In this document: in pieces, positions 50,365 to 62,687 of the stretch
Numbering within the stretch: position 1 is the first letter of the stretch
Layout of the letters: each line of letters opens with the position of its first letter
Origin: Oscarella lobularis
Taxonomy: Eukaryota
Assembly (NCBI RefSeq): GCF_947507565.1
Contig: NC_089192.1
Location: forward strand, 982,690-1,046,689
Direction: 5' to 3'
Length of the DNA stretch: 64,000 bases
The notes under the pieces: generated by a model
What the model was told of the DNA's origin: nothing
Database searches by the model: none
The model's input: the letters and a program-made list of their open reading frames with translations, nothing else
Made by a program: the position numbers and the translations under genes

Positions 50365-52521
50365 TCACGTTTCCGGTATCTGTGCGTAGTCGTGTTCTTC
50401 CTTTTTCGTTTCAGTGTAATCGCACCAACCGGGGGGCACATCGACGGTTTTATGACGAAACATAGCGGCGCCGCCGCCTCTCGCTTTTCCGTACGACAAC
50501 CGATCGAGATCCAACGACTGTTGATAGGCGATAGGCGACCGCACGTCCGCCGCCGGTCGAGGGGGTGGGAGTGGAGGTGGGCGGGACCCGGGCGCTAGAG
50601 GACTTTTCGATCCTCCGCTTTCGCGTTGGTACGACTTGCGCGGGAATACGGGCGACGCATAGCGCGGCGGCGACAGGGGGCTCGGCGATAGGGGGCTTGG
50701 CGGCAGCGGCGGCGAACACGTTACGCCGTCGTCCGATTCATCCTGTCCGGGAAGCGTCTTAGCGCGCTGGAGCACGTGCCTGTCCAACGAGGAACTGCGC
50801 GGGCGACTGCCGTGACGTCGCGTTGGCGGCGCCGACTTGCAGGCCGAATTGTCGTCGCCGTCTATCAAATCGAGATACGGATTCGAGCTCGACTTCTGTC
50901 CTTGCGTCGATCTGGCCTCCTCCCTCTGCCATTCGAGCAGATCTTCCATCGAATGCGCAAACCCCGTTCTCCGCGGCGACGGCGGCGGAACGCTCGCCAA
51001 TTCGGTGTGATCGATGTAAGTGGGATCTAAAGAAGAAAGGGCCCCGCGGGGAATCGTACGACGAATGACGTCCTAAAAGCGATTTATTCTCATACCTTCC
51101 GAAGGGGGCGGCGGTAGAGGCACGGGTGGCGGTAGAGGAGGCGGTCTGCGAGGCAGCGTAGCTAATCCACTTCGAATCGGGTCCGCTCGTTCGATTTCGC
51201 TCCTCCCGTTGCTATAGTTACTCGGAGGCGAATCTGAAAAAAAAACCATAAGATTCTTTTCCCCACTGCACGCCCTGTCTGCTCGCTCGTACCGCAGATA
51301 GATAGTCTCTCCATGCCGAAATTTGACATGTGTATATGCCGCGTCATGAGACTCGCGACTTTGCGTCGAAGCAGCTGAATGATCTCCTTGGAGTCGTTCG
51401 AGCAAAACTGGACCTCGTCGCCAACATAGCCCTGTTTTATCCTAATATAATAGAGAGCCCGTCCTCAATAACATATTGTCTCTATTATTGTTGAATAATT
51501 TAAATCCCACTTGGCTAATTTTATTGATACGGCACCCGTCGACTGATTGCTGCCCGGCGGCGGCTCGCGTTCGGTGAGGGGGCCCATTGACGACACGTGC
51601 CACGACGTCAATTCCTCGGCGTTGTTTTCGCGTCGTCGCAAAACGACGCTCGTGTCCGTGATAGAGAGAATGAGCGGCATGTGCGATCGGAGTGCGATGC
51701 CCGCGTTCGGGCTGTTCTCCTTGAGAACGCTGACGAGTTTTCGTCCGCCGCGATCGTCGACGAGCGCCACGTGGTAGTCCTGCGAGGGCTTGTCAATTTC
51801 TAGAGAGATGGTAAATAGTCAGAGATTCGCGGCGTTTTCTTTTTCATTCTCACGTCGAACGCCAACGTCTTCCAAACGTTTAAGCCACTTATCGACTTCC
51901 TCTGAGGAGTATGCGGCCATCTGATGTTTCATTCCGCTCACTAGGAATAAAAGTTAGGCAATAGATTGTGGCTACATAACTACGTCATCACGAGCGTATA
52001 TAGAAATCAGAGTCCTATAATAAGATAGGGCTCTGATAGAAATCAAGAGATTAGGAGTTGCCCGTTCTCGTTTTTTCCCCTCTCCTAAACCTTCCTCGTT
52101 TACCGTCCCCCCTTTTAAAAACTAATTCAATTAAATCGGAATTGGTCAAACCTAATGCGTTCTTTTCTACGAGCGCGCTTTTGTTCTTTAGTCTATCTTT
52201 CCCCCCCCTTACGCATGATTTCGAAAGCGTGCGGCCGGCCCTTCGCCGCCGGGCGCTTCCGGGTTCCGAGAGCCGAGCGGAGATCGATAGCGTCGATGAG
52301 CTTTGCTCTGTGACCTCCTTCGTAGTGTTTTAACATGAACGTCCCGTTCTCCTGTTCCAGTACGACGAAATAAGGCTTGTACTGATGCTGGACAATTACA
52401 AGTAGGTCGTGTTTACCGAGGCGGCTATGCACTGACAACGCCCTACTGACTTACGCCCGTTTTGTGCCTTCTCTTCACGTCTAGCCAGCCTTGTCCGAGC
52501 GAGTGAACGATGCTCTCCATG
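50365..52521 (-). CDS. Adaptor protein with an N-terminal PH domain, a PTB-like domain and a long Pro/Ser-rich tail, DOK/IRS/FRS-like. It has several exons. The 5' exon junction is not resolved.
   Basis: The minus exons read MESIVHSLGQGWLDVKRRHKTG... ; KHDLLVIVQHQYKPYFVVLEQENGTFMLKHYEGGHRAKLIDAIDLRSALGTRK...HAFEI ; SEEVDKWLKRLEDVG (PH C-helix) ; YHVALVDDRGGRKLVSVLKENSPNAGIALRSHMPLILSITDTSVVLRRREN and IKQGYVGDEVQFCSNDSKEIIQLL (PTB-like). The 3' exon (50365..51000) is 211 aa of PxxP/SP-rich tail, with the motifs PPLPPSPLSPSPLSPP and DYAQIPE. Confidence 0.45.
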
Positions 52522-52812
52522 GGGCAGTGTTTAGAAGATCGTTTGCGACTCGCTTCTCTCTTTCCTCTTTTCACAAAACCCGGATAACACGGGGTGAAAG
52601 GGCGTGTTTACGTGCATGCGAACCCGCCTCACTTTTCGCAGAACGTTTGGTAGGCTGTTTGTCTGCAAGTGTTTGCATATCTTTCCACTTTTAGGGCCAA
52701 TGTCTTTAGGTGCACAGTAGCAAAAAACACGAAACGTTTAGGCTAGATGCGGACAACAGTACGGCGGGTTTAGCAACGAAACTACAAAAAAATTGATTTG
52801 TTGCGAAATTGA

Positions 52813-54190
52813 TTAGCGTGCAAAAACATAGCCTATAGAAAAGACGTTTTTATTTCCATTGTCAGTAGTACTGCAAGCGGCTTGATTGCCGCAGGAATTT
52901 GAACGGAAGTTTATTCCACATTGTCCACCTTTCCGACCTCCTATTCCAATCCATGAATCAGCAGAGCCGCAGTCATATTGATTGTTTGATATTATTCCAA
53001 TTCGAACTTGCACAGCAACACTTTCGTCTCCCTTCACATTGAATCCCTCCTGTTTAGTTAAGATTTAGCTAAACATTCTTAATTTGGTCTAAACTCGTAC
53101 TCTGTTGCAGTTTGCTTGAAGAGAAGAACCGTGGATTAGGCTCTTCCAAGCACTGCGTCCTATTGAGGTCGAGTGGTATACGTTAGACGTTATGATGTGT
53201 CTCAACGAAGCCGCCCTCTTGTGCAAGGTCACCCAATTTGTCTCGTGGTTTGTTTTTAAACCAATAAGAACTTCTTTAAACGGTAGTGTCCAGAAGGAAG
53301 CCAGTTTAGCTTCGTTGTGGTCCAGATGAACGGAATCCTCGTTGTATGACGATGTCGTCGTCCACAAGGAGCTGTAGTAGTCAAACGTTTGCCTAGCACC
53401 GTTGACTTTCATTATAAGGGTCCACCCGCCTTCCTTGCAGTAAACCTATTCCGAACGTAGTAAAGATAGGTTCTGTGAGACGAGATCGTAGTTGTACCCT
53501 ATAAGCTGGATAGTTGGCTGACGGTTGGATCCAATAAACGCCCGGCTTGTAGCCGGCCAGTTTACTTAGATCTAGGCACGACGACGCTGGTTGAGCTTTG
53601 GATCCTCCGAGACTGCTAGTGGCATGTTCAGTCAGAAGAGAAATCCACTCCTTTCCATTGCAATATTGAATGACGTCGTCTATCGCGTTGTATTGCACTG
53701 ATCCTGCAAAAACGATATTTTGCGTTGTTTGCGTTTGATTTTGCCTTTGCTGGTGGTTAGTACCTGCATTTGGCACTGAACATGCCTCGTCAATATATTG
53801 CAGTTTCTGGGGTCCTGGACTACCTACAAGTCAACGGTTCACTGCAATTATATCACTTAGTTAATTAATTATTAATCACCCGCAGGTCCGGTGTCTCCTT
53901 TTTGGCCATTAGTTCCTGGCAAGCCGTGTCGTCCAGGTATGCCTGGTATGCCTAATCAAAAGATTAAATTTTCAGTGCAATTGCCAAATCAATGCATTAC
54001 CTGGGTTGCACTGACAGTCGCAAGAGACTTTGTCGTTCTAAACAGAGAAAAAAACAAAAAAACAATTTGATTGTGTCAATTATAGTAGCTGCATGCTGGA
54101 TCTTTCTGTTCCACCTTAGAAGTTTCAAGGGCTACGCTTTTAGCAGAAGTCCATACAATAGCGGCGACAAACAAAGTGATTATTTTCATT
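52813..54190 (-). CDS. Secreted short collagen plus C-terminal globular domain (fibrinogen-related / ficolin-like, divergent), copy A. It has a signal peptide, a short Gly-X-Y run and a domain of about 300 aa, in about 6 exons.
   Basis: MKIITLFVAAIVWTSA (signal). GIPGIPGRHGLPGTNGQKGDTGPAG (reverse complement of 53885-53950). SSCLDLSKLAGYKPGVYWIQPSANYPAYR | VYCKEGGWTLIMKVNGARQTFDYYSSLW resembles the FReD core (C.DL...G..SG.Y.I.P......VYC....GGWT..Q.R.DGS..F...W). The C-terminal half (CGINFRSNSCGNQAAC...NVFSIGYVFAR*) does not match canonical FReD or COLFI. Confidence 0.55.
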
Positions 54191-54379
54191 GAACACAATA
54201 TTGCCAGTTGTTGTGGCAGTTGCATGGAGCTCTTATATAAGTATCCAGAAAAATACGGAATGACGCATAAAGTAGGGACGACTACGGTTAATCTACGGGT
54301 GCGACTTCAAACCGTCGGTATAGTACGGCGGTCCCGCCGGTTCCGCCGGGGGTCGCCCGCGCATTTCGTAGTCCCGGAC

Positions 54380-54660
54380 ATGAAAGTCAGCGCTTCGTCT
54401 CGTCGGAGTATTCCGATTCCGACGTTCGCGACACGACGCACGACTTTCGTCGCGTTTCGCAAAACGTCCATTTGTCGTTCCACCCGCTCGAAGCGCCGCG
54501 CGAGCACCAGCGCGCGTCGAACGCGACGAAATTGGAACGCGTGTTCGCGAAGCCGTTCGTCGGCGATCTGGGCGCGCACGCCGACGGAATGTACGCACTG
54601 GCAAAATATCCGTCGCGTCTTTCGCGTCTCGCCTCGGGCTCAGGCAGCGTAAGGGAGGAG
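54380..54660 (+). pseudogene. Decayed duplicate of DCAF13 exon 1. The start region is frameshifted and the exon end is altered. It was copied along with collagen-FReD copy A.
   Basis: 54380-54660 aligns to 56528-56805 at roughly 85% identity. It retains LHPLEAPREHQRASNATKLERVFAKPFVGDLGAHADGMYALAKYPSRLSRLASGSG. The region after the ATG carries an indel (atgaaagtcagcgcttcgtctcgtcgg versus atgaaagtcaaagttctctctcgtcgc) that shifts the frame. No downstream DCAF13 exons follow it. Confidence 0.7.
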
Positions 54661-54748
54661 GAGGTATATTGTGAACAACAAACAAACACACAAACAAACA
54701 GAGACGGACAACACTGCGCGCAGTTCATCCATGAAGCTACAACATTGA

Positions 54749-56176
54749 TTAGCGTGCAAAAACATAGCCTATAGAAAAGACGTTTTTATTTCTATTGTCA
54801 GGAGTGCAAGCAGCTTGATTGCCGCAGGAATTTGAACGAAAGTTTACGCCGCATTGTCCTTGGAACAAATTCCGACCTCCTATTCCAAGCCACGAATCTG
54901 CGCTTTTGCAGTCATTTTCATTGTTTGAAAATATTCCAATTCGAACCCCTACGGCCGACTCTTCCTTCACATTGAATCCTTCCTGTTGGGTAAAGAATTA
55001 GTTAAACAATTTTTTTTAATTTTTTTTCTAAATGCGTCGTACTCTGTTGCAGTTCGGTTGAAGAGACGAGCCGTCAATGAGACTCTTCCAAGCACTGCGT
55101 CCTATTGAGGTCGAGTGGTATATGCCAGACGCTATGACGTGTCTCAACGAACTCGCACTCTTGCGAAAGGTCACCCAGTTCGTCTCGCCATTTGTTTTCA
55201 GACCGACAAGAACTTCGTTAAACGGTAGCGTCCAGAAGGAAGCCAGTTTAGCTTCGTTGTCGTCCAAATAAACGGAATCCTCATTATAAGAGAAACTATT
55301 CTTCCAGAAAGAGCTGTCGTAGTGAAAGGTCTGCTTAGCACCGTCGACTTTCATTATAAGAGTCCATCCGCCTTCCTTGCAGTAAACCTATTCTGTACGT
55401 TAGGATAGACTCGAAGATGAGAGGTCAGATTTTGTACCCTGTAAGCTGAGCGGTGGGCTGAAGGTTTGATCCAGTAAACGCCTGGCTTGTAGCCAGCCAG
55501 TTTACTTAGAGCTAGGCACGACGACGCTGGGTTAGCTTTGGATTCTCCGAGAGTGCTAGTCGCATGTTCGGTCAGAAGAGAAATCCACTCCTGTCCGTTG
55601 CAGTATTGAACGACGTCGTCTATCGCGTTGTATCGCACTGATCCTGTAAGAACGATCTTGTTGCCTTTGTCTGTCGCCTTTGCTGGTTGCTAATTACGTA
55701 CCTGTATTTGGCACTGAGCATGCTTCGATATATTGCAGTTTCTGCGGTCCTGGGCTTCCTGCAAAAAAATGCTGTACAGTTAGATAGGCTAACGTATGGG
55801 CTAATAGCTAAAGTACCCTTTGGACCAGCGGGTCCTGTGTCCCCTTTTGGACCAGGTGTGCCTATATCAAAAGAATAAATTTTTCAGTGAAACTGTTAAA
55901 TCAATACATTACTTGAGCGGCAGCGACATAAAGGGTCAATCTAGAAAAAAGAAAAATAGTTAGAGATCATGATTGTGATCATGATCATGAAATGAAGATT
56001 ATCATGGTCTATTAATTGTGATAGGAGTAGCAAAAATAAACTAATAGCTCTGCCGTACTGTTGCTCTGTTAGATGTGGCGACTTTTAGCTACCTGGTATG
56101 CTTCAACGTGTTCGCCTTGAGATGATGTCCAAACGACAACCACAGCAACCAAGGTGATCACTCTCAATGAACGCAT
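54749..56176 (-). CDS. Secreted short collagen plus fibrinogen-related-like protein, copy B, a tandem paralog of copy A.
   Basis: MRSLRVITLVAVVVVWTSSQG (signal). MRYNAIDDVVQYCNGQEWISLLTEHATSTLGESKANPASSCLALSKLAGYKPGVYWIKPSAHRSAYRV. MKVDGAKQTFHYDSSFWKNSFSYNEDSVYLDDNEAKLASFWTLPFNEVLVGLKTNGETNWVTFRKSASSLRHVIASGIYHSTSIGRSAWKSLIDGSSLQPNCN. ...CGVNFRSNSCGNQAACTPDNRNKNVFSIGYVFAR*. Confidence 0.55.
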
Positions 56177-56527
56177 TTTCGGTGAGGCAGGTTTACTGCA
56201 GCTGGCCTTGAATTGCGGCTTTTATAGCTAGAGTGGCGCTGTGTACTGATCATGCACTTCCTGCTGGTCTCTCCTACTTCCTACTTCCTTTACACTTGGT
56301 GTCGCATAGGAAGCAAGCCGGGGTCACGTCCTACTTACCTGCAAACCAGTGGTCACAGATAAAAGTTTGGGTGTGAGATAAATTAATTAATTGGGCTTTT
56401 TTCTTATGAGCACCCACTTAGTAAATCGTGCCAACAAAAACTGCAGAGGACAACAACTAAAAAATTTTTTCTCGGATCAACGGCACCGGCCAGAGCCTGG
56501 GCACCGCAGTGTGCTTTCCCGGATAAA

Positions 56528-58607
56528 GCATGAAAGTCAAAGTTCTCTCTCGTCGCCTCGCCGATTCGGGCGTTCGCGACACGACGCACGACCTTCGTCG
56601 CATTCCGCGAAACGTCGATCCGTCGCTCCATCCGCTCGAGGCGCCGCGCGAGTACCAGCGCGCGTTGAACGCGACGAAATTGGAGCGCGTGTTCGCGAAG
56701 CCGTTCGTCGGCGATCTAAGCGCGCACGCCGACGGCGTATACGCAATGGCAAAAGACCCGACGCGTCTGTCGCGTCTCGCTTCGGGATCATGCGACGGAC
56801 AGGTAAAATAAAATTAGAAAAGCGTAGCACGCCCACACTGTACGCATCTAGATTTGCATCTGGAGTCTTTCAAAACGTCAATGCGAGCACCAAATTAATG
56901 CGCATAGGTACAGCAGCGCGTTCCTTCGATAGATAGACCTGAAATTATTTTTCAGGGGATTTGTCAGAGGACTCTGTTTCAATCACACGGGATCTTCTCT
57001 TCTATCGGTATACACTGTTGCACGTTCTCAGGGGTTCTTTATGTGCTTGCCTATATATAATAACATAGATTGGCGACGATCAAATCATCAAGTTGTGGCC
57101 AATGGACGCCGACTTCGACGATTCCAAAGTCGTCGCCCAGCCATCGAATACGATACTAGGAAGCGTAAGGGTGGAGAAAGGCTTGGATTTTGTTTTAAGG
57201 AAAAAGGCGTGTGGTCTAGGCTATGTTCAATGGAATTGATCATCATTGGTCGAAGAGCGTCTTTGCTACGTGCAGCACCCAGGTGGACGTTTGGGATGAA
57301 GAGAGGTCGGAGCCAATTCGATCTTTCACGTGGGGAAGCGAGACGACGACGAGCGTCCGATTTAATCCCGTCGAAGTATGTAGACGTGAAATGGGCAATA
57401 ATATAGATTCATTAATTCATTGGTGGGATTTTTGATAGAGAAATGTTCTAGCAAGCACTGGATCGGACAGGACAATTGCATTGTACGATATCAGAGGAGC
57501 GACTCCTCTCAAAAAAGTGCAGAGGAGAAATTTTTTTCGTATTAGAGAAATCAATATTAGTGTTTCTTTAGGTAGTACTAGAAATGAGGACTAATTCAAT
57601 CTGCTGGAATCCAATGGAGGTAAGGGGGAAGAGAGACAGACGTGGAGTATTTTTAATAGATGAATCACTTTGCTAGGCTTTTAATTTTACTGCAGCCAAC
57701 GAAGATACAAAGTACACAAAGGTTGTCTCTTCCCCAATGCATCACCTACTATTTTCGCTAGTCTGTACACGTTCGATATGAGACGTCTCGACCGGGCTCT
57801 GAACGTGCACAAGGATCACGTAATGGCAGGCAAGTGAAAAGAAAAAAATTGAGATAAAATTTCAAAGATGACGTGAAACTTTTTTCATTTTTATAGTCCT
57901 GGACTGCGACTATTCGCCAACGGGTAGGGAATTCGTTTCAGGCAGCTACGATAAGACAATACGAATATTTCCTTTTGACAAGGGACACAGTCGGTGAGTA
58001 TAGATAATAATTAATTTTTTATTTACACATATGGTTTGGTTTTATTAGAGAGGTCTATCACACGAAACGAATGCAGAGGGTCTTTTGCGTTCGTTGGAGT
58101 GCCGACAGTCGATTTATCTATTCAGGAAGCGAGGAAACTAATATCAGGTTAGCAGTAGGCTGCAATGTTGTATATAATATTTCAATTATTTCCTTCTACA
58201 GGATTTGGAAGGCTGATGCTTCAGAGAGACTTGGACCTGTATAGGAAACATATAAGTCATTGTAGGCCAAGAGACAATGTTTTTCTTTTCTAGATATCTG
58301 CACGGCAGAAAATATCCAAAAATTACGGAAACAAACTGAAAGAGAAGTTCAAAGATCATCCACAGATTCGAAGAATTTCCAAGTGCTGTCTTCTCCATTC
58401 CTCAAAGTAACCTTGAGAAATGTATTTCTTCCTTTTCTTAGACATCGTCACGTGCCCAAGCTCATTTATAAGCAGACGAAAGAGAGACGAGAAATGCTCA
58501 AGGCGAGACGGCGAAAGGAGGAGAACGTTCGACTTCACACGAAGCCTGAAAATCAGCCAGAGCGGACGGCCGAAAGGAAGAAACCCATTGTTTCGACTCT
58601 ATCTTAA
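56528..58607 (+). CDS. DCAF13: DDB1- and CUL4-associated factor 13 (Sof1 family WD40 protein), in about 11 exons.
   Basis: MKVKVLSRRLADSGVRDTTHDLRRIPRNVDPSLHPLEAPREYQRALNATKLERVFAKPFVGDLSAHADGVYAMAKDPTRLSRLASGSCDGQ. IDHHWSKSVFATCSTQVDVWDEERSEPIRSFTWGSETTTSVRFNPVE. TIALYDIRGATPLKKV. LYTFDMRRLDRALNVHKDHVMA. VLDCDYSPTGREFVSGSYDKTIRIFPFDKGHSR. EVYHTKRMQRVFCVRWSADSRFIYSGSEETNIR. The Sof1 C-terminus reads RHVPKLIYKQTKERREMLKARRRKEENVRLHTKPENQPERTAERKKPIVSTLS*. Confidence 0.9.
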
Positions 58608-59258
58608 ACAAGTAGAGTACATTGCGTAGAGTCCTAATTAACTTTCTTTAATTATGTGGAGCGTCAGGTGATATGTGCGCACTCACTGCGCATGCTTATT
58701 CTATTCAAAATCGGCGTCCGCGATTTTTGAGCTTTTGCAGTTACTGTCCGCTCGTCTTGCGTCGCTACGCAGAACGAAATTCGTTAATCGGCGTCTCCTT
58801 GAAGGTAAGGAGCCCTGCGGGATGATACTAGACCCCGCGGAGCCCCCCTTAGGGTTCACCACGACGTCTCTCCTTTTTCCTCTGCTCTAAAGCTGTCGTA
58901 GTCAAAACCACGAACCATACGCTCTTTTCTTATCGATCTCGAACTCAATAAGCGTTCGATCGCGACGCCCAAGTTTCTTTTGGATCGTATTTCGAACGGA
59001 GCCCCCGCCCCTTCGGTTTCGACGTCAACTGGAGACTGTGGAGACAAGATATATATCTATGGTCATATATTTGAATTACAAGGACAAAGGTACGTAGTAC
59101 AACGACAAAGATACATAAAAGCTGATTCAAATTGTTTCTTTGTATAGATGGTTTTGCGTGCGCTCTCCTCTGTCGTCACGGTGAAATGGTCTATCTCTGG
59201 CGGTCGATCCAACAACTTCATGAAGACGAAGGGGGCTGCTGCACCCAAGGTACTTTCT

Positions 59259-59702
59259 CATTGATTCTCCCTGCGTCAGTTGTTTTGTCGTGTAGTCGTT
59301 CCTGCAATCCGACGAGGCAGACGCAGCCATCCCTCTGTGGCCAAGAGCGATAAATAGGCCGTACCTCTGCAGAGGCTATAGAGTCGCCTCCCCGCGTAAG
59401 GCTGAGCACTGGCGGGTAAATCAGTGACGCCCCTTGGAATTGCACCTGCGAGTGGACTGACATCCCAGCTGCCACTCGCAGGTGCAATTCCAAGGGGCGT
59501 CACTGATTTACCCGCCAGTGCTCTGCCTTACGCGGGGAGGCGACTCTATAGCCTCTGCAGAGGTGACACCTATTTAACCTCTTGGCGACCGAGGGACGAC
59601 TGCGTCTGTCAAGTGTTTGCCTCGTCTGATTGGATGCATCTGTCTCGTCGGATTGGAAGAGCCACCACTACACGACAAAACAACTGATGTGGGGAGAATC
59701 AA
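59259..59702. repeat. Large palindrome (foldback) of about 444 bp. The inner arms are perfect over about 105 bp around a 16-nt loop. The outer arms are about 100 bp longer but imperfect, with indels.
   Basis: 59349-59455 (cctctgcagaggctatagagtcgcctccccgcgtaaggctgagcactggcgggtaaatcagtgacgccccttggaattgcacctgcgagtgg) is the exact reverse complement of 59472-59578. The outer arm 59259-59348 pairs with 59579-59702 (cattgattctcc.../...ggagaatcaa). Confidence 0.9.
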
Positions 59703-60416
59703 TAACATAGTACCTGTGGAGATGAAACCAAGGTAGACGCAATCCCAAGAGACGGCTTCTTCTACTGGAAGCACGGGCGATAGAGACGAATAGTAGGAAG
59801 AACGCTCCAAAGGGTTCGATCAAAACGAGGCCGATGAACGATGGTGGAATCTCCAAAGAGACCCCACTAGGGTCCGGAGGCTACCGTTGTCGAAAACAGA
59901 CGAACTGTACCTAGAGAAACGAAAGTTATTATATGAGGCGAAGATGGAAGTTAGTTTAGACGTAGGGAAAAAACGCGAGAATTTCTGTAAAGGGGCCCCA
60001 CCAGTCGGCGTCGCCCATTTTGCTCTTACTCGCTTTCTAGTGAACGCTTCTCGTCTCAGAGGTATTCGTTGCGAATGGAACGGCTGAATTAGCTCATTCA
60101 CGACGGTGGAATCCTCAGAGACCCCACTACGGTCTTTCGACGCAATCCTTCCTTCATCCAGTTTTCCACTTCGCCTCTCGTCTTCGCATTCGGTTGGAAA
60201 CGCGAACAGAGCTCAAACGGCCGCTAAAAAACCGAAAAACGCTAACGAACTTAACGTCGACTGCGACTGCGCGAGGCTGCGTCACGCTCACGCGCCGCGC
60301 GCGGTCCAATCCGCATAACTATCCGCATGACGTATATGTTTAGAACCGCGATTCCCAATACATCACCGCAACTTACGCAGACACACACACGCAGAGACGT
60401 CACTATTCTCGCACGA

Positions 60417-62687
60417 CTAATAATCCATTTCCTCGTCTCTCTGTTCAGGAGCGAGTTTGATTAGGTCGTCGATCCTCAGTATAGTGATGGCCGCTTCTGT
60501 GGCGAATTTCAGGCACTTGACTTTGCTCATTGTCGGCTCCAAAACGCCGGCCTCTTTGTTATCTTTCACCTTTCCCTCGTACAAATCGAGCCCATACCTA
60601 TCCGAGAAGAATAACTCACAGAGTCGATAGTCTCTCTTTGTATTTTTCTTACCATTTGTATTGGATCTTTCCCTTGTCCACTTGCGATGCATTGTGAAAC
60701 GCTCTGAGCTTTGCTACGAGATCAGCAGCGTCTTGGGCCGCATTCACCGCCAAAATGCGCGGAATCGCTAACAAGGACTGCGCAAAGGACGCAATAGCCA
60801 GCTGCTCTTTCGAATGCTAAGCACACCAAACAAAAAACTAGCCAATATCCCAAATTATTTATTTAATTTTCTCACCAACATGGTAGCATAGTTCTCTAGA
60901 TAAATCGATAGGGCCGCCTCGACGGCGCCACCGCCGGCAACGAGGGACTTCGACTCGATGACGCGACGCACAACGCAGAGCGCGTCGTGAAGCGACCGTT
61001 CCATCTCGTCGACCATGAAATCGTTGGCACCGCGGAGAATCACGGAAGCGGCACTATGAGCCTTGGGTCTAGCGAAAGCAGAGTCTCTCTCTCTATGTCT
61101 ATGTTTATGCAGTAAAGAGCGTCTTGCTCTCTCTCTTAGAGACTTCTAAGTGTTGACTCTATACTAAGGCTTGCTTACTTTTTGATGAGTATGAGCTCGT
61201 CGTCGCATACTCTCTCCTGCACCACTTCTTCCGCTTCTCCGAGAAACGAACTATCGAACGAATCTTCGCCTTCTAAATTCGCTAGAGTGGATACGAGTTG
61301 ACCTAGAAAAAAAAAACCATTAGGCTTCGTTTAATTAATTAGTATTATTTTCTGACCCCCGGTTGCCCTAGCAATTCTCTTCAAATCCGCCTTCTTGCAT
61401 CGACGCACGGCCATCGCTCCCGCTTCGACGAAATACTTCAAGCAGAGATCGTCGATTCCGCCCGTCGTCAAGACGACGTTGGCACCGGCACCCAATATCT
61501 TCTCGATCTTCTCCTTCGTTATGTCGGCCTCGCGCTTGCGTATCCCTTCCAACTTCTCCGGATCCTCGACAACGACTTGAACGCCGAAAGCCATTTTCGA
61601 TTTTTGAAGATTGAAATCGATGCAGGCGATCTTCGGCGACGCGACGCGCTTCACCAAGGCTACGGGGAAACACGCAGTTAAAAAAATAAATAAATAAATA
61701 AATAAATAAATATTTATCTATGATATTACCTTGGGAAGCGACCGTGCAATTGAGCGCGTATCCGTTCACGAGTACGCTCTCCTGGGCGCTCGCGCCGTGC
61801 GCCTTCAGGACGTTGATCGATTTGATTGGACAACGCACCTCGCCTTTCACATTGGTGCGCTTCACGGCGAGACAAGCGTCGACGACTAGCTTCGAAAAAA
61901 ATTCGGAATCACTAAGAGAAATATATCAAAAAACGGGAAGACAAAATTTCAATATTTCTCATTACTTTCCGATGAGTTTTGATGACATTGACGTCTTCGC
62001 CACATTGACGAGACAGTCCTTGCCCAAGTCGTCCGAACTGACGGCCAAATGATCTTGAATGTACTTGCAAGCCTCTCTATAGGGGGGAGAATCTCGCATA
62101 GAGAACGGCAACATCGAATATTCCACGACGAAACCTGCACGCGAGCCTATATCCGCTTATAATCGACGTCGGATGGATCTTAGTCTTGACCAGGTCCTCG
62201 GCATTCTTCAATAATTCGGCGGCAATAATTACCTAAAAAAGAATAATAAAAAAATTTAAAAAAAAAGAGAAGTCTTCTCTATTCTTCGCTTACCACAGAC
62301 GTCGTTCCGTCGCCGACCTCCTCGTCTTGCAATTGAGCCAATTCCACAAGCACTTTCGCGGCTGGATGCTCCACTTCGAGCAAATTTAGAATCGTCGCGC
62401 CATCATTTGTTATGGTCACATCCTAGAGACGATACGCGAGCTCGAAACGTTCGAGGGGGCCCCCGACTTACTCCGACGTCGTCGACGAGCATCTTGTCGA
62501 GTCCCACTGGGCCTAGAGAGCTCTTCACGATGTTCGCGATCGACGAAGCGGCCATTACTGGAGATTTTTCGAAGGCGTCAGCTTTGGGATCTTCGCGGGT
62601 CGTGGAGAGCGTACCGTTTTGCGAGCGAACGCTATCGCCCGACGTTCTTTCGCCGCGAACGCTCAACTGTCCTTGCGAATCGGCCAT
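60417..62687 (-). CDS. TCP1: T-complex protein 1 subunit alpha (CCT1 chaperonin), in about 10 exons.
   Basis: [309 protein letters not shown]. Confidence 0.9.
61683..61712. repeat. (AAATA)n microsatellite in a TCP1 intron.
   Basis: aaataaataaataaataaataaataaata. Confidence 0.9.

Noticed and set aside
52058-52333. A plus-strand 91-aa ORF in the 5' region of the PH/PTB adaptor gene.
   Set aside because: It is Pro/Leu/Ser-rich with no motifs. It overlaps the minus-strand PH-domain exon (KPYFVVLEQENGTFMLKHYEGG...), which is well supported.
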